Source of the DNA: the human T2T-CHM13v2.0 reference genome, Homo sapiens
Length of the DNA stretch: 64,000 nt
Assembly (NCBI RefSeq): GCF_009914755.1
Contig: NC_060930.1
Reading direction: 5' to 3' (one strand)
A program made the position numbers and the translations under genes. The notes under the pieces were generated by a model that was not told the origin of the DNA, did not search any database, and saw only the letters and a program-made list of their open reading frames with translations. This document shows, one piece after another, positions 46,334-58,862 of the stretch (position 1 is its first letter; each line of letters starts with the position of its first letter).

Positions 46334-46359
46334 GCGGAGTGAGCTGCGGAGCCTGGAAT

Positions 46360-46501
46360 ATGGTCGGGGAAATGGAAACGAAGGAGAAGCCGAAGCCCAC
46401 CCCAGATTACCTGATGCAGCTGATGAACGACAAGAAGCTCATGAGCAGCCTGCCCAACTTCTGCGGGATCTTCAACCACCTCGAGCGGCTGCTGGACGAA
46501 G
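46360..46501 (+). CDS. QKI: QKI coding exon 1 (142 nt, N-terminus including QUA1 dimerisation region); gene continues beyond the window
   Basis: The translation [47 protein letters not shown] is the recognised Quaking N-terminus. Kozak context is strong (aatATGG). Donor AAG|GTGAGC follows 46501 (phase 1). Confidence 0.98.
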
Positions 46502-49500
46502 GTGAGCGTCTCCAGGGCCCCGGCCCCGGCCCGACCCCCGCCGGGGCGGCCCCTTTCCCCGCTTGGGATGGTGGGGAGGGCGGGAAGGTCACGGCCGGGC
46601 GGGACCGAGCGCCGGGGGGACTGGGAGGCCAGGAGGGCGCACAAAGGAGGTGCCGGGCCGGGCTTGCGGCGGGCGGGCGGGCCGGGGTGGACCCGCCGGT
46701 GCCGGACGCCCCCTGCCCGGCCGGGACCCCGCGCCGCTGGCGTCCAAGTTGGCGCGTTGCGGAGGGCTGCGGGGTGAGCCCTGCGGCCCCTCTAGCTTCG
46801 GCGGTCACATTTCCGAGAGGTCGGCGGGGGCTGCGCGGACTCGGTGGTCCTCGCCGAGCCCTCCCGAGAGCAGGCCCACGCCGCGCCGCCGGCCTGGAGG
46901 ACGCGTGTGCCCGGCGCGGGCCCCGCTCCTCCGCTCGGCCTCCCGAGCCTGCTCTGCGCGGACCCCCACCGCCCCGCGTTCGGGAGCTCTCCCCTCCCGT
47001 GAGGACTAAAGCGGGGTTTCGTGGTTGGGGAGTTGGTGCAGCTGTTCAATACTAAGTGGAAGTCAGTGTGGGGCTCGTTAGTTTAAAGAAATTCCGTAGG
47101 AGACCGAAATTATGCTGGCGTAGCCGACAAGGAGGACTAAGTGACGGCGAAAAGCACTTTTTTCCCTTTTGTTTGGGGAAGCGAGAACTGTTAGGGAGTT
47201 GAACTTCACTTTTCGGGGGTGGGGGGGGGGTGGAGTGCGAAATAACGCGATGACAGATCGGAGCGCAGCCTGAGTTAGAAGAACTTGGGCGGAGGGTTTG
47301 CTCCCGGGGACGCAGCCGCCTGAGTTTGTAGGACAGGGTTTCGAGACGTTTGGAAAGGGCGAAATAAAATTGAGCCAAAGTTTCCAAAAAGCTGTATGGA
47401 GCGCTGTGGGGAGTGAAGAATGACAAGAAGATTAATGTTGACCAACTTTGGAATTTCCTTAAGAAGTTCTCATAGCAGTACCTGAAGTATTAATTTCTAG
47501 TAGCTGTGGGTTTCTGTGGACGCCTAGAGAAAAAAAAGACCACAAAAAAAGTCTGTTTCGAAAATCGACTGGCCAGGAGTTTGTTTGTTTTTTTTTCCTG
47601 CTTAGAGGCACCACCGGAGGACTGTGTAAAGGAAACTGAAAACTACAGGTTGAAGAGATGAACAATGGAGTTTAGATTTTTCGCAAGAATTTCGAGATTT
47701 TAAAAATAGAGTCGGGGAACAGGAGTTTGAAGCTTGGGGAGTTGGAATGTCACTAGAGAACAAAAGGCCGGAAATGTTTCCATGATAAAAAATGGTTAAA
47801 GAAAAATCCCAGGAGTTCTGTTGTCTTGAAAGTCATAGAAACAACTTAAAAGTAGAAAATGGTTAGGTGTTACGGCTTTCTCGTCGTTTTGCTTCCGTAT
47901 GTTAAACATACAGCACTCACCAACGTTGAAATGGGCATTTTCCGCTGTTGGAACAGCAAATCTGTTAATTTCAAGTTGCTCCAGAGAAAACCTGAGCTGT
48001 CCCTTTAAGGGGTTCTGCTTTTCCTATTTGTGTTGGCATTTGAAAGATTGTGGAGGCAGAAAACTTTCTGGAATGTCAAAAAAAAAAAAAATGCTGGAAC
48101 TCTTAAATTGAGTATTTCCAAATGTGAGCGCTAAGGGGCGCCAGTTATTTTTTAACCATGGAAATGGTTGGAACAAAATGTGTAACATACTCAATCTGAC
48201 TGACCTATATTAAATTTAGTTGAAACTTAAGTTATAGATTATTTGATTTGTCATAATGTGTTTATATAGTGTTTTCGAACATTGAAAATACTTTCCTTAA
48301 AATTATTGGCACAACTTTATGACGTTTCAAAATAACACTCTTACTGTCTTCTCCTTGGCATATTTTGGTTAAGTTAAAGTTTTAGTAGTATTAGTAACAA
48401 TTTCTGGTGAAAGTTTGTTTTCTTGAGTGCAGTTGTTTAGAAGGAATCCTTTATCGACGATAAAATGAAAATAGGCCTTGGCAATATTTAGGGTTAATTA
48501 AAATTAAATTGCATTCCTGAAATGTCGAATTCAAAGACTATAGGAGATTCCAAAAAAAAGTTTGAAAATACTTTCACCTTATGTATACTATTTAAAAAGC
48601 TGCATACTTTTGCGTTCTTTAGTTTTAAAAGGCTTCTTGTGCTTTTATGTTGATCTAAAATCTCTAAATTTAGAGCTGATTCCTTGTTATCAAGTTTCCA
48701 ACCTTAGGCTTTAATAATTTTTAATCTTTCAAATCCAGAAATTTCAATTATGTCATTGTCTCTGACAAAGGCTTATTTCTCTCTGGTTGGAAATAGTACT
48801 CGTTTGCGTTTTAAATGTAAGAGACCACTATGATATCTCCTAGATAATGTTTGTTTCCCCTTCCCCTTTTAATGTGGTTTACTCCATCTCTTGTCTTGCT
48901 ATCTTTAGTTTTAGCCTTGTCAATTCCCCAGTGTAAAGATTGCTTCTGTGTGGCATATAGTATGTTTAAAATGGGCAATATAATGACGAGGAAGTTTGAT
49001 TGTTTTTTATCAGACCAGTACAAACATGCAGGAAAAAGGGCTATTCCTTAGTGTGGAATAAGCGGCTTCCTGTAATTGTTAGCCTTGTTATAAACTTAAT
49101 TTGACTTAAGAAAAATATTGGTTTCTGAAGTCCATCACATTTTTTTTTCTGGATGATTTAATTGTGAAATTTGGCATCTTGTGCTTTACCCCTTTGTGGT
49201 TTGTCATTGTCCAAAACAAATTGATCATGACTTTTGTTTCTGGTTAGGCATTACTTTTTTTTTTTTGCCTATAATGCTTGGCTGAAAAATTACTTTTAAA
49301 TTTAGATAAAATTTAGTAAAAATTTTACTTTAGTGATTGGTTTGATGAAGTTAACATCGTGCTTAGAGTAGATGTATTTTCTGATAATTAGGAATTTTAA
49401 ATGAGATTTTAAATTTTTTATTTTAAAATATTTTTCAAAGAATAAGCTTTTTAAAAATATGCTTGTCAGCCTAAGAATTTCCATTTGGCTAGTTACAAAT

Positions 49501-51297
49501 TTGAGGATTAAGTGTGCTGGTTTTCCCAGTTGATGAAGACTTGGATGTTTTAGAATGAGTATTTTAATTCCTTGCCAAGTTAACCTTTAGTCTGTATCTT
49601 GACTGTGGACAGTCCTTTTGTTTTACTGCTTGTTTTTGTTTTGTTTTGTTTTTTGCTGTTGCTGGTGGTGGGGGTGTGTGTGCCAGCTCTTCCACTGAAG
49701 TATCTTCAACACGGTTGTTTTTTAAAGTTGTGAATACATTTTAGGTTGGGCCCATCATAAAATATAAAGGACATAAACTTGAGTTTGAAACCTTTTATTG
49801 AAGATAGAGATGATTATAGGATTACACATAAAACCTAGGTCTTAAACTGCTCTACCTTTAGAGAGACGTTTTCAACTGAACCCTTAGAGCAGTTAATATA
49901 TGGTTTTTAAAAAAACAGACTTTTCTTGTCATGAGAATGAAACAACAGTAGTTGAATGCAAATTGTTATAATAAAGTTTTGTAATTTAGAATCGAGAAGG
50001 TGAAGAGTACGGTCTATTAGACTTAACAATCCTGTATTAGGGGAAAATGGAGAACTAGTATTTTAAAAGCTGATTTTGAGTTTTCAATTTTTTAGGTGGA
50101 GGTGGGCTTAAAGCTGCTGATAGGGAAATAAAAAATGTGTAATGAGGAAGAACAGTCAATCTTTTTATCGTGGATATCAGAAAAATTAGTGTGTGGCTCA
50201 GAAAAAGAGAGCAGATGGATTAGAATGCCGTATTACTGATTTGAAAATATATTTTCATTTTCTGATGGTCTTTTTGTGTTTACAGTAAACTTTCTGTCTG
50301 ACCTCAGTTTAGTTTATACCCTGCCTGCTCCCTCTCCTTTAAATATATGAGTAAAAATATTTCGTTAAAACTTGCTTAAATAGTTGCTATTTTTTCATGT
50401 TAATGTTTATTTTCACTTCTTCTGCCTCTGTTATTGGATGTATCATAAGGTTTTCTTACCATAATTTTTTTTTTCCTGAGAATTCATTTACAAAAGCCTT
50501 GACTTAAGAATTATATGGTGGTTGGTATTGAGAGGACTCTTGCTATACAGATTTCTTACAAAAAGGTTTTCTTTTTGTCTGAAGAAGCAATTACTGTTGT
50601 CAGTAATCATCATCTGTAACAAACAGATTTTAAGGTGAAATAATCTGTTCTTTAGAAACTAAGATATTGCTTTTGTACACAGTCCTTGAATTAGTTGTAG
50701 CAAGAAGGAAGCTACTATTTATAATCACTTCTTTCCATTATCTTTTCTCACCCAGGAGGTGTCAGCAGCTATATATTGGCAGTCACGGAAAAGATCAGTT
50801 GTATCATTATGGGGCATTTATTAAACATTCATTCTGTACTTTTAAAGCTAAATTCCCCTGTAGGTGGAACGTGATTCCTTTGGAAACTGTATCCAGTTTA
50901 CATGTTTTGTAGTAAAAGTTGTATCCGACTGTAACACAGTTGAGTTGATAGAAATAGGTCTCTTTGCTAGTCACATTTACGAGTGTATTTTGGGATGAAC
51001 ACTTTTTCTTAAATGACTGAGAATGTCAAGTTAAATCAAGTTAATTTGACTTCTTAAATGCTTTATGCACATTATATTTCTGTTAATGCTTCACTAGTCA
51101 CTGTCGCTGTCCTGGAGCTGATTGAAATTGGTCAGTTTCCCATAAGAGCAAATGGTTTTTGGTTTCCTTTTTCAGGGAAATAGATTTCTGTGATGAAAGA
51201 AGTGAAGTATAATAAAACCCTCATGCTTTGACCTGGCCTTCACCGAAGCATGATTCAGATTCTTTTTTTGAGGCCAATATACTTAGACATGTAAGGG

Positions 51298-51330
<33 letters not shown>

Positions 51331-52879
51331 TGGTGGTTTTTTTCTTTCCTTTTTTTTTTTTATGGTTTGGTTTGGTTTTTATATCAAGGGAATTACACCA
51401 GTGTGATCATAGGAGCAACTTTTTATAAACTGGAACTACAGTTTAATTTACTTGAGAAATTCGGTGTAGCTAATACATTTGTTTGATTTATTTGTTTGAT
51501 GTTGCAGTTGTAAGCAAAACTTGCCCTTCTCTGTTGGAGATGGAAAATGCTGTGACATTGTTGGTTTTTGTTTGTTGATAACTTAAAAGGCAGCCCACTG
51601 AGCAACTTTCTGCTATTGGTATGTCAGCTGTTATGAACATATCCAAGGTTCTATTTTAAGGCCAAGGGATGGGGAGTGGTGAGTGGGCCTATGTTAGGAG
51701 GTCACACAGATATATACCAGCTTTTTATTTACATGATCAACGGGACTTCATTTTTTTCTCCAGTCCCTCCTGTGTTTGACATTAAGACAGCTTAATGTGA
51801 ATTTTAAGTGCAATAATGTGTTGTTTACCCTTAATGATAACTTTTAGGGAATATTTATACCCCTTTAAAAAAGTTTTGGGCCCACAATAGCTAGATTATT
51901 TCGTGTTTTACAGTTATATTTTTTACTTAACAGAAAATCACAACTAACAATAAACTTTTATGGTGAATATAGTTTGTTATCTTAGTGGGACTGTTAAGAA
52001 ATTTGTTTATAACCCCAGTCTGTGTTAGGTACTACCTTCTATGGAGTGATCATTATAGTTAGCATTGGAATATTATTACCTGTCTGCCCTCTTAAAATTA
52101 CTTTCTTGAAGGTGCCTACCTTAGAGCCTGGCATACACTTCTCAGATGTTTGTTGAATTAAACATGTTGACATCTTACCTCCTTTTTTGATTTCTAGTTT
52201 CTCAAAGATAGGGTATGTGCACATGGTTTAAAAAAAAATGAAAATCTGAAAGTGACATTAGAAATATTGTCTAATAATTTTAAGAAATGAAGCAGTTGTG
52301 TGATTGTTGATAGTTTTGTGCCCTTAGAGGAAAAGGCACTTATATGTTTTCTTAAAAACAACTTAAAAACATGTCATGTTATTTGTAGTACTTGCTGCCA
52401 AGGTGCTTAATTTTACTTTACTGTCATTGTTGGGAAGGAGATTTAGGAAGATAAAATTGCTTTACTTAAATAGTATAGTTTCTTGTCAGTCCTTATACCA
52501 AAGGGTATCAATTCATAAGCAGAGAAAAACTACCAGTGCTCATCTCAGCTCTTGGAAAATTTTGGCATTTATGGAATTATATAGGTAAACTCCCCACCCC
52601 GTTAGTTACCCTTTTAAAAGTCCCCACATATATAGTTCTTGTACTCCATGCAGGGCACAATAGATAGGAATGATTTCTTGTCCCTAAGTGCTGCTTTGGT
52701 GTGTTCAGGATAACGACTGTATTTGATTGAGTGATTTTAGTTTAAAAGAAAGCTGAGTATAATCATATGTGGCTGATTGTCATTTAACACAAATAGCTAT
52801 GTTTTTAAACACAGGTGTGTCTTTTAATTTTAAACAGTGCCATTACTTAGAAAACTGATAAATTGAAGTTTTCACTTAG

Positions 52880-53220
<341 letters not shown>

Positions 53221-53599
53221 AAGCTCTAAACTGTTTATTACTGTGCTTTAGCAGTAACAGTGTTTGAAAATCTGTGATGAATTTTTAAAAAATATATTGC
53301 AGAAGTGATTTATCTAGAATTCTTACAATTAGCAAGAAAAGGACTGCACTTAATGTTTTCGTCTTCAGTTTCTTGATGCGGAAACTCTAGTTTGAAAATC
53401 CGGCAATCCTATCAAGTCTAACAAAATAAATTATGTTCATAAAGTTGCTTCATGTATTAGTCTAATATTTTTGTAGAACTAAATTTTGAGGCTGGGGAAA
53501 TGAATCGATTGTAAGATTTATATCACATTATTTATTATAAGCAGAATGTGTCATATTCTGCTTAGCAGATAAGCAGATATTGAAGTATCGGAAAGAACA

Positions 53600-53760
53600 T
53601 AATTAGTCGGATGTGGTGGTGTGTGCCTGTAGTCCCAGCTACTTGGGACGCTAAGGAGCGAGGATTGCTTGAGCCCAGGAGGTCAAGGCTGCAGTGTTAT
53701 GATCATGCTACTGCGCTCCACCTTGGGCAACAGTGAGACCCTGTCTTAAAAAATAAAACA
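53600..53760 (+). mobile_element. Alu right-arm monomer (FRAM/AluJ-like)
   Basis: aattagtcggatgtggtggtgtgtgcctgtagtcccagc...gagaccctgtcttaaaaa. Confidence 0.85.
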
Positions 53761-54171
53761 TCAAAATGCAGTTACATCCATAAAGTGGCTCCACATAATG
53801 GTCACAATGTAAGTAAAGGGCATGTGTGTGCAGGCATTTATATCTGTAAGTGAAGACATGCAGTGAATGTGAGCTGGGCTTTGTGAGTACTGGGGCTGGT
53901 TAAGTTCCAGCTGAGAAAGGTTGGCCCCGGGATTGAATAAGTAGCTGGCCTTAAGTAAGCACCTCGCTTTTGCTTTAGTGCAGGAGAGGTCATTGTAGAG
54001 ACTGGGCCTGATCTCCTGGTCAGTAGCAAATCATTGGGGAGCCCTTGGTTTTTAAGCTGATTTTATAGTTTGAAATATATAGGAAAAAACAAACAAAAAA
54101 TAATACATTTTAAGAGTAGAATTAGGGAAATGCATAGTAAGAAAACAAACATGCAATTTTAAAATTTGAAA

Positions 54172-54584
<413 letters not shown>

Positions 54585-55796
54585 TCATTTCATAGGTGCA
54601 AAGACAAGTGGGCAGCAGAGCTAGAGCAAGACACTCACTTCTGCCCTCTGTTCCATTTTGTGGCGTGCCTCTCCACAAGGGGAACTGGAGGGAAAAACCT
54701 GGAATATTTCCATATGCTAAAAATCTGCTGCTGTTGCCTCAAGTTGTGAAGGTAAAGAAGACAAACCAAATGATTTTTTGCTAATTCTGTGATATGCTGG
54801 TTTTGAACAAATGATGGTCAGATTCTTAGAACTAGAATTTATTTTTAACGATAACTTTCTAATTAAGAGGCTAAAAGTGAGAAAGCCATTTTTAGAGGAT
54901 TTCAGCTCATTCACTTCTTTGTAAGCAAAGGCTAGAGCCTCAGTTTTTTGAATAATGTAAAAATTGTTGCTGCTATTATTTTTACTACTCAAGAGGAAAC
55001 ATTTTTGGCTGGGTGATTTAATAGAGAAGTATGCTATTGCTAAGTGATTCAAGTTAGGAATGTATACTTGTATCAGTTTTAGATCAGCCTGGGGTAAACA
55101 GCCCAATGATATATCAGGTAGATAACTGAAGAGTGACACCCAGGAGGTGGATGGTTATGAATTGAATGGAAACGGTGCTGCACCAGATAGCCACCAGGTA
55201 GCTACTATATCGTATTCCTGATGCCAGCATCTGGGGGATGATTGCTCATTTCAAATAATTCAAACAAATTAAATGTAAGCCACAGTTCTTTGCTATGTTA
55301 CAGCAATTATATCCCTTTGATACAGTTGTTACATGGCAGGTGAATACATTTTTTTAAGAAAAAAAAATTTCAAACTGGGATCAAAAAAATTACCCTGAAA
55401 CCGCATCTAATTGTCTATTGTCGCTGATTCCACCGTGGTTGCAGTGATGCCATTATCATGAGAGTATTCAAGTTTTAACTCTGTATGTGTGTGCCTGCAC
55501 ATGCGTGAGCCAGCATAAAGATGAAATGAATTTATGTTTTTGTGCATATGCTAATGAGACCCTGTGATGAAGTGGTAAGCATTCTTGTACTATAGACCTG
55601 GGATCTAATCATGACTCCGCAATTAACTGGTTTGGTGATCTTGGGTGAGATAACTAATGTCTCTGAACCTCAAGCTTCTTCATCTGTGAATGAAATTATC
55701 AACTGCCCTGCCAACCTCAAATCCAAATACTCTGAAGTTGATGGGTATTCAGAAGAGCCTCTCATACTATAAAGTAGCAGCATCACTGCTTGGTTT

Positions 55797-56089
<293 letters not shown>

Positions 56090-58814
56090 TGCGTCATCTG
56101 CTTTCTATCAACATTTTAAAATCGCTTATGATAGGATAAACAATTAAATAAGCAAAACAGCTTTTAGAGAATGAGAAAAGAAAAAGAAAGATGATGTATC
56201 CATGTAGGTTCAGCTAGTTTTTATGTGCATGAGAGTCACTACTAACATTCTGGTAGTTTAGAGGATGTCACTTTGAGCTGAACTATCTAGTTATGTTTAT
56301 TTGAGAAGTGGAACCTGAGTTGATATTAACAGCTGGTATGATTTAATGAGGTGAATGGGAAGGTGGAGGATGTTCCAGGAGAAGGGAAGGTGCAGCATTG
56401 CCAGCACCATGGTGATGGGCAAGGCTTAGGAAATAGGTACGGATTTAGTTAGTTGGAATGGCAAATGCATAGATAGAAGTAGTGGGAATAGATAGAGACT
56501 ACAGAAAGCAGACCAGGTTAGGGCTAGATTGTGGTGGGCCTTGAAGGCCAGAATACATAGTCTGAATTTTATTCTGAAGGTTGTAGGGAATCTTTAAGGC
56601 TTGGATTATTTGGGGGTGTCAGAATGAACTCTTTGTGCATAAACTGAGAATGTATACAATATATATGGGTTTAAAGTAGACATTGGATGAAGTGTGAAGA
56701 GTCAAACTATTATATACGTGGCTAACCCTTTAGGAAAATTTTTTGAGTAGTGATATTTTCTCAAAATAGTATTAATAAAAATATTTATATTGAGTTTTCT
56801 GTATTTTAAACTCCTTAAAGATTTTTTAAATTTTGTTTTAACTAGAAACAAGTCTTTGTTTTCCTTACCTACAGGTTAGTGTATTCATCCTGAAGGATTG
56901 AGAACATGTGGGGCTCATTTGTTTAGCTGTCAGAGCCCAATTTTTAGTTAGAGAATTGAGCTTTTATTTCTATATGAGCTAAAGACAATTGAAGAGACTC
57001 TTGGAGAAAATCTTAGGAATTCTTGAATTAATTTGCCTTGAAGAAAATTTTGTCCCAATTTCAGAGATCCTTTAAATATGTTTTACCAAGTTTGATGCGG
57101 GCTTTTAAAATTTAATTGTATTAATTTTTGTGTTTATTTTAGGTAAATGAGAGATATCTTGACATTCTATCCCTAGAGAGATACATATTTGTGTATCTTT
57201 AAAAGTTAACACTTCCTTACATAGTGACATTACACTGAGCAAGATGGATTAATCCTACAGATAACGTAATAACCAGTCCATATTCAGATTTCTGTAGTGG
57301 ATCCCCTGATATTCTTTATAGCTGGATTGTTCAAACCAGAATCTTACTCAATACTGCTCATTAAATCTGGTTGTTACGCCTTTTTAAATCTAGAACCATC
57401 TCTTTTTTTTTTTTTTTCAAATGACATTGATTTAACTTGTTCAGGGCTTGTTCCTTTATGCCCTGTGTATCTATTAACATTGGAAGCTAGTTCTAAAGTA
57501 GGTTCAAGAATAGCATCTTCCACTGGAGTACTTCATAGGTGCTGCTGTGTACTTTGTTATCTTACATCAGGAGGCACAGTAACTGGCTCTGCCATCAGAT
57601 AAGGAAAGATTGATACCTGGATTAGAGTGGTGATAGATGGATCCTTGTACTTTAAAGGTAGTTTTTTTTGTTTTGTTTTGTTTTGTTTCCCCACTTGGAA
57701 CCAGAAGGTGCCCCATCGACCAAAGGTGCCCCGTCAACATTCACACCTGGTTTTGACCAGTTTTTTGCCTGAATCAGTTTCATCAGAGCTTGCACCATGA
57801 TGATACTTTAATTCTGCCATTCTTTCTGCAATTACTTGGCATCCTTTGAAAGGTACAGCTTTCTGACCCCAACACGGAAATACATTGCGATTTTGAAGTG
57901 AGTTTCTAATGGGGCAAGCCAGATATATGCTGCTGCTTATTATTACTTGGTTCTCAAAGTAAAGTGTTGGTTTGCTAGCTGCTTCAAATGGAGACCAATG
58001 AATTTTTTCTCTCTTTTCTAATCATCTTTGTAGACTCATGGATTTCATAGATTCAATGTACTTAAGTCAACTATAATTAATTTTGATGTTAAAATTATTA
58101 CAACTTTAGCCATTGATAATTAAACTGGCTCCTGTGTCTGTTGAACTGCTGCTTGCTTTCTGGGGCACAAGGCTTCCCTTGTGCCTTGTCTGCCTTGCCT
58201 GTTCTGGAGCTACACTTGGCCATTTCTCCAATAGGAATGGTATGAAATACTTGAATTTAGGTGTTAAACATGTTCATTACTCTCAGGATGTGATTACTTC
58301 TGAGCCATTTTCTATGGACAGTATTGACTTTAAAATTCATTCATTCATTTTTATATTTTCAATTCAATTTTTTAACGTTACTGTTAATTTTATACTCGTA
58401 CCTTTTTTTTTTTTTTTTTTTTTTTGCTGGCCACAGCTAAACTAATGTTGTTCTTGATGGTGACATACTTATTTGCTTTATTCTACAATATTAAGGAAAA
58501 TACTTTCAAAATAACAAAATTAATAATATTACTAATAGCAGTAAAACTATCTTTAAAATTTTTAAATTTGTTTTAGACATGTTACCAATAATATAGCCAG
58601 TGACCCATTTTTCTGGTTGATGACAATTATTTTCCTTTTTTGGTGGGGGGGTCCTCATTCTGTGTATACTAAGTTTTAATTTCTACTGAATCTTGTTTTT
58701 GACTTTTTGATGCTGTCATTTATTAGCTGTGTTCTTTTGTTGTACTTACTGCTTCTATTAGCTTTTACCTTATGCTCAGCAGACATGGAAAATACACATA
58801 TATTTTAATGTCAG

Positions 58815-58862
58815 GTGCGTGCGTGTGTGTGCCTGCATGTGTGTGCGCGCGTGTGTGTGTGA
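58815..58862. repeat. Alternating TG/CG repeat
   Basis: gtgcgtgcgtgtgtgt..gtgtgcgcgcgtgtgtgtgtg. Confidence 0.8.

Larger units (their letters stand above)
45810..46359 (+). other. QKI: QKI 5'UTR (GC-rich, no upstream ATG seen); TSS approximate
   Basis: GC-rich segment directly upstream of the QKI ATG inside the CpG island. The 5' limit cannot be fixed from sequence alone. Confidence 0.65.
44450..47300. promoter_or_regulatory. CpG island / bidirectional promoter (QKI +, CAHM -)
   Basis: Very high GC and CpG density. Many GC boxes, NRF1-like CGCGCACGCGC at 45210-45220 and TGCGCACGCG at 44701-44710, E-box CACGTG at 45249-45254. No TATA box seen. Confidence 0.95.

Noticed and set aside
44776-46644. 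622-aa minus-strand ORF and other long ORFs across the CpG island (e.g. 44372-45280, 44568-45296)
   Set aside because: Low-complexity Arg/Gly/Ala/Pro translations expected from stop-poor GC-rich DNA. Mostly non-ATG starts, no recognisable domain, and they overlap QKI exon 1 antisense or the promoter.
46099-47055. 318-aa ORF as a single-exon protein
   Set aside because: Only 46360-46501 is QKI coding. The rest is 5'UTR and read-through past the splice donor.
55130-55470. Possible intronic snoRNA or structured RNA
   Set aside because: No properly ordered C/D boxes with a terminal stem, and no H/ACA architecture found by eye.
57701-57738. Short imperfect duplication ccagaaggtgccccatcga / ccaaaggtgccccgtcaac
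   Set aside because: Two diverged ~19-bp copies within probable old L1-like sequence, with no evident function.
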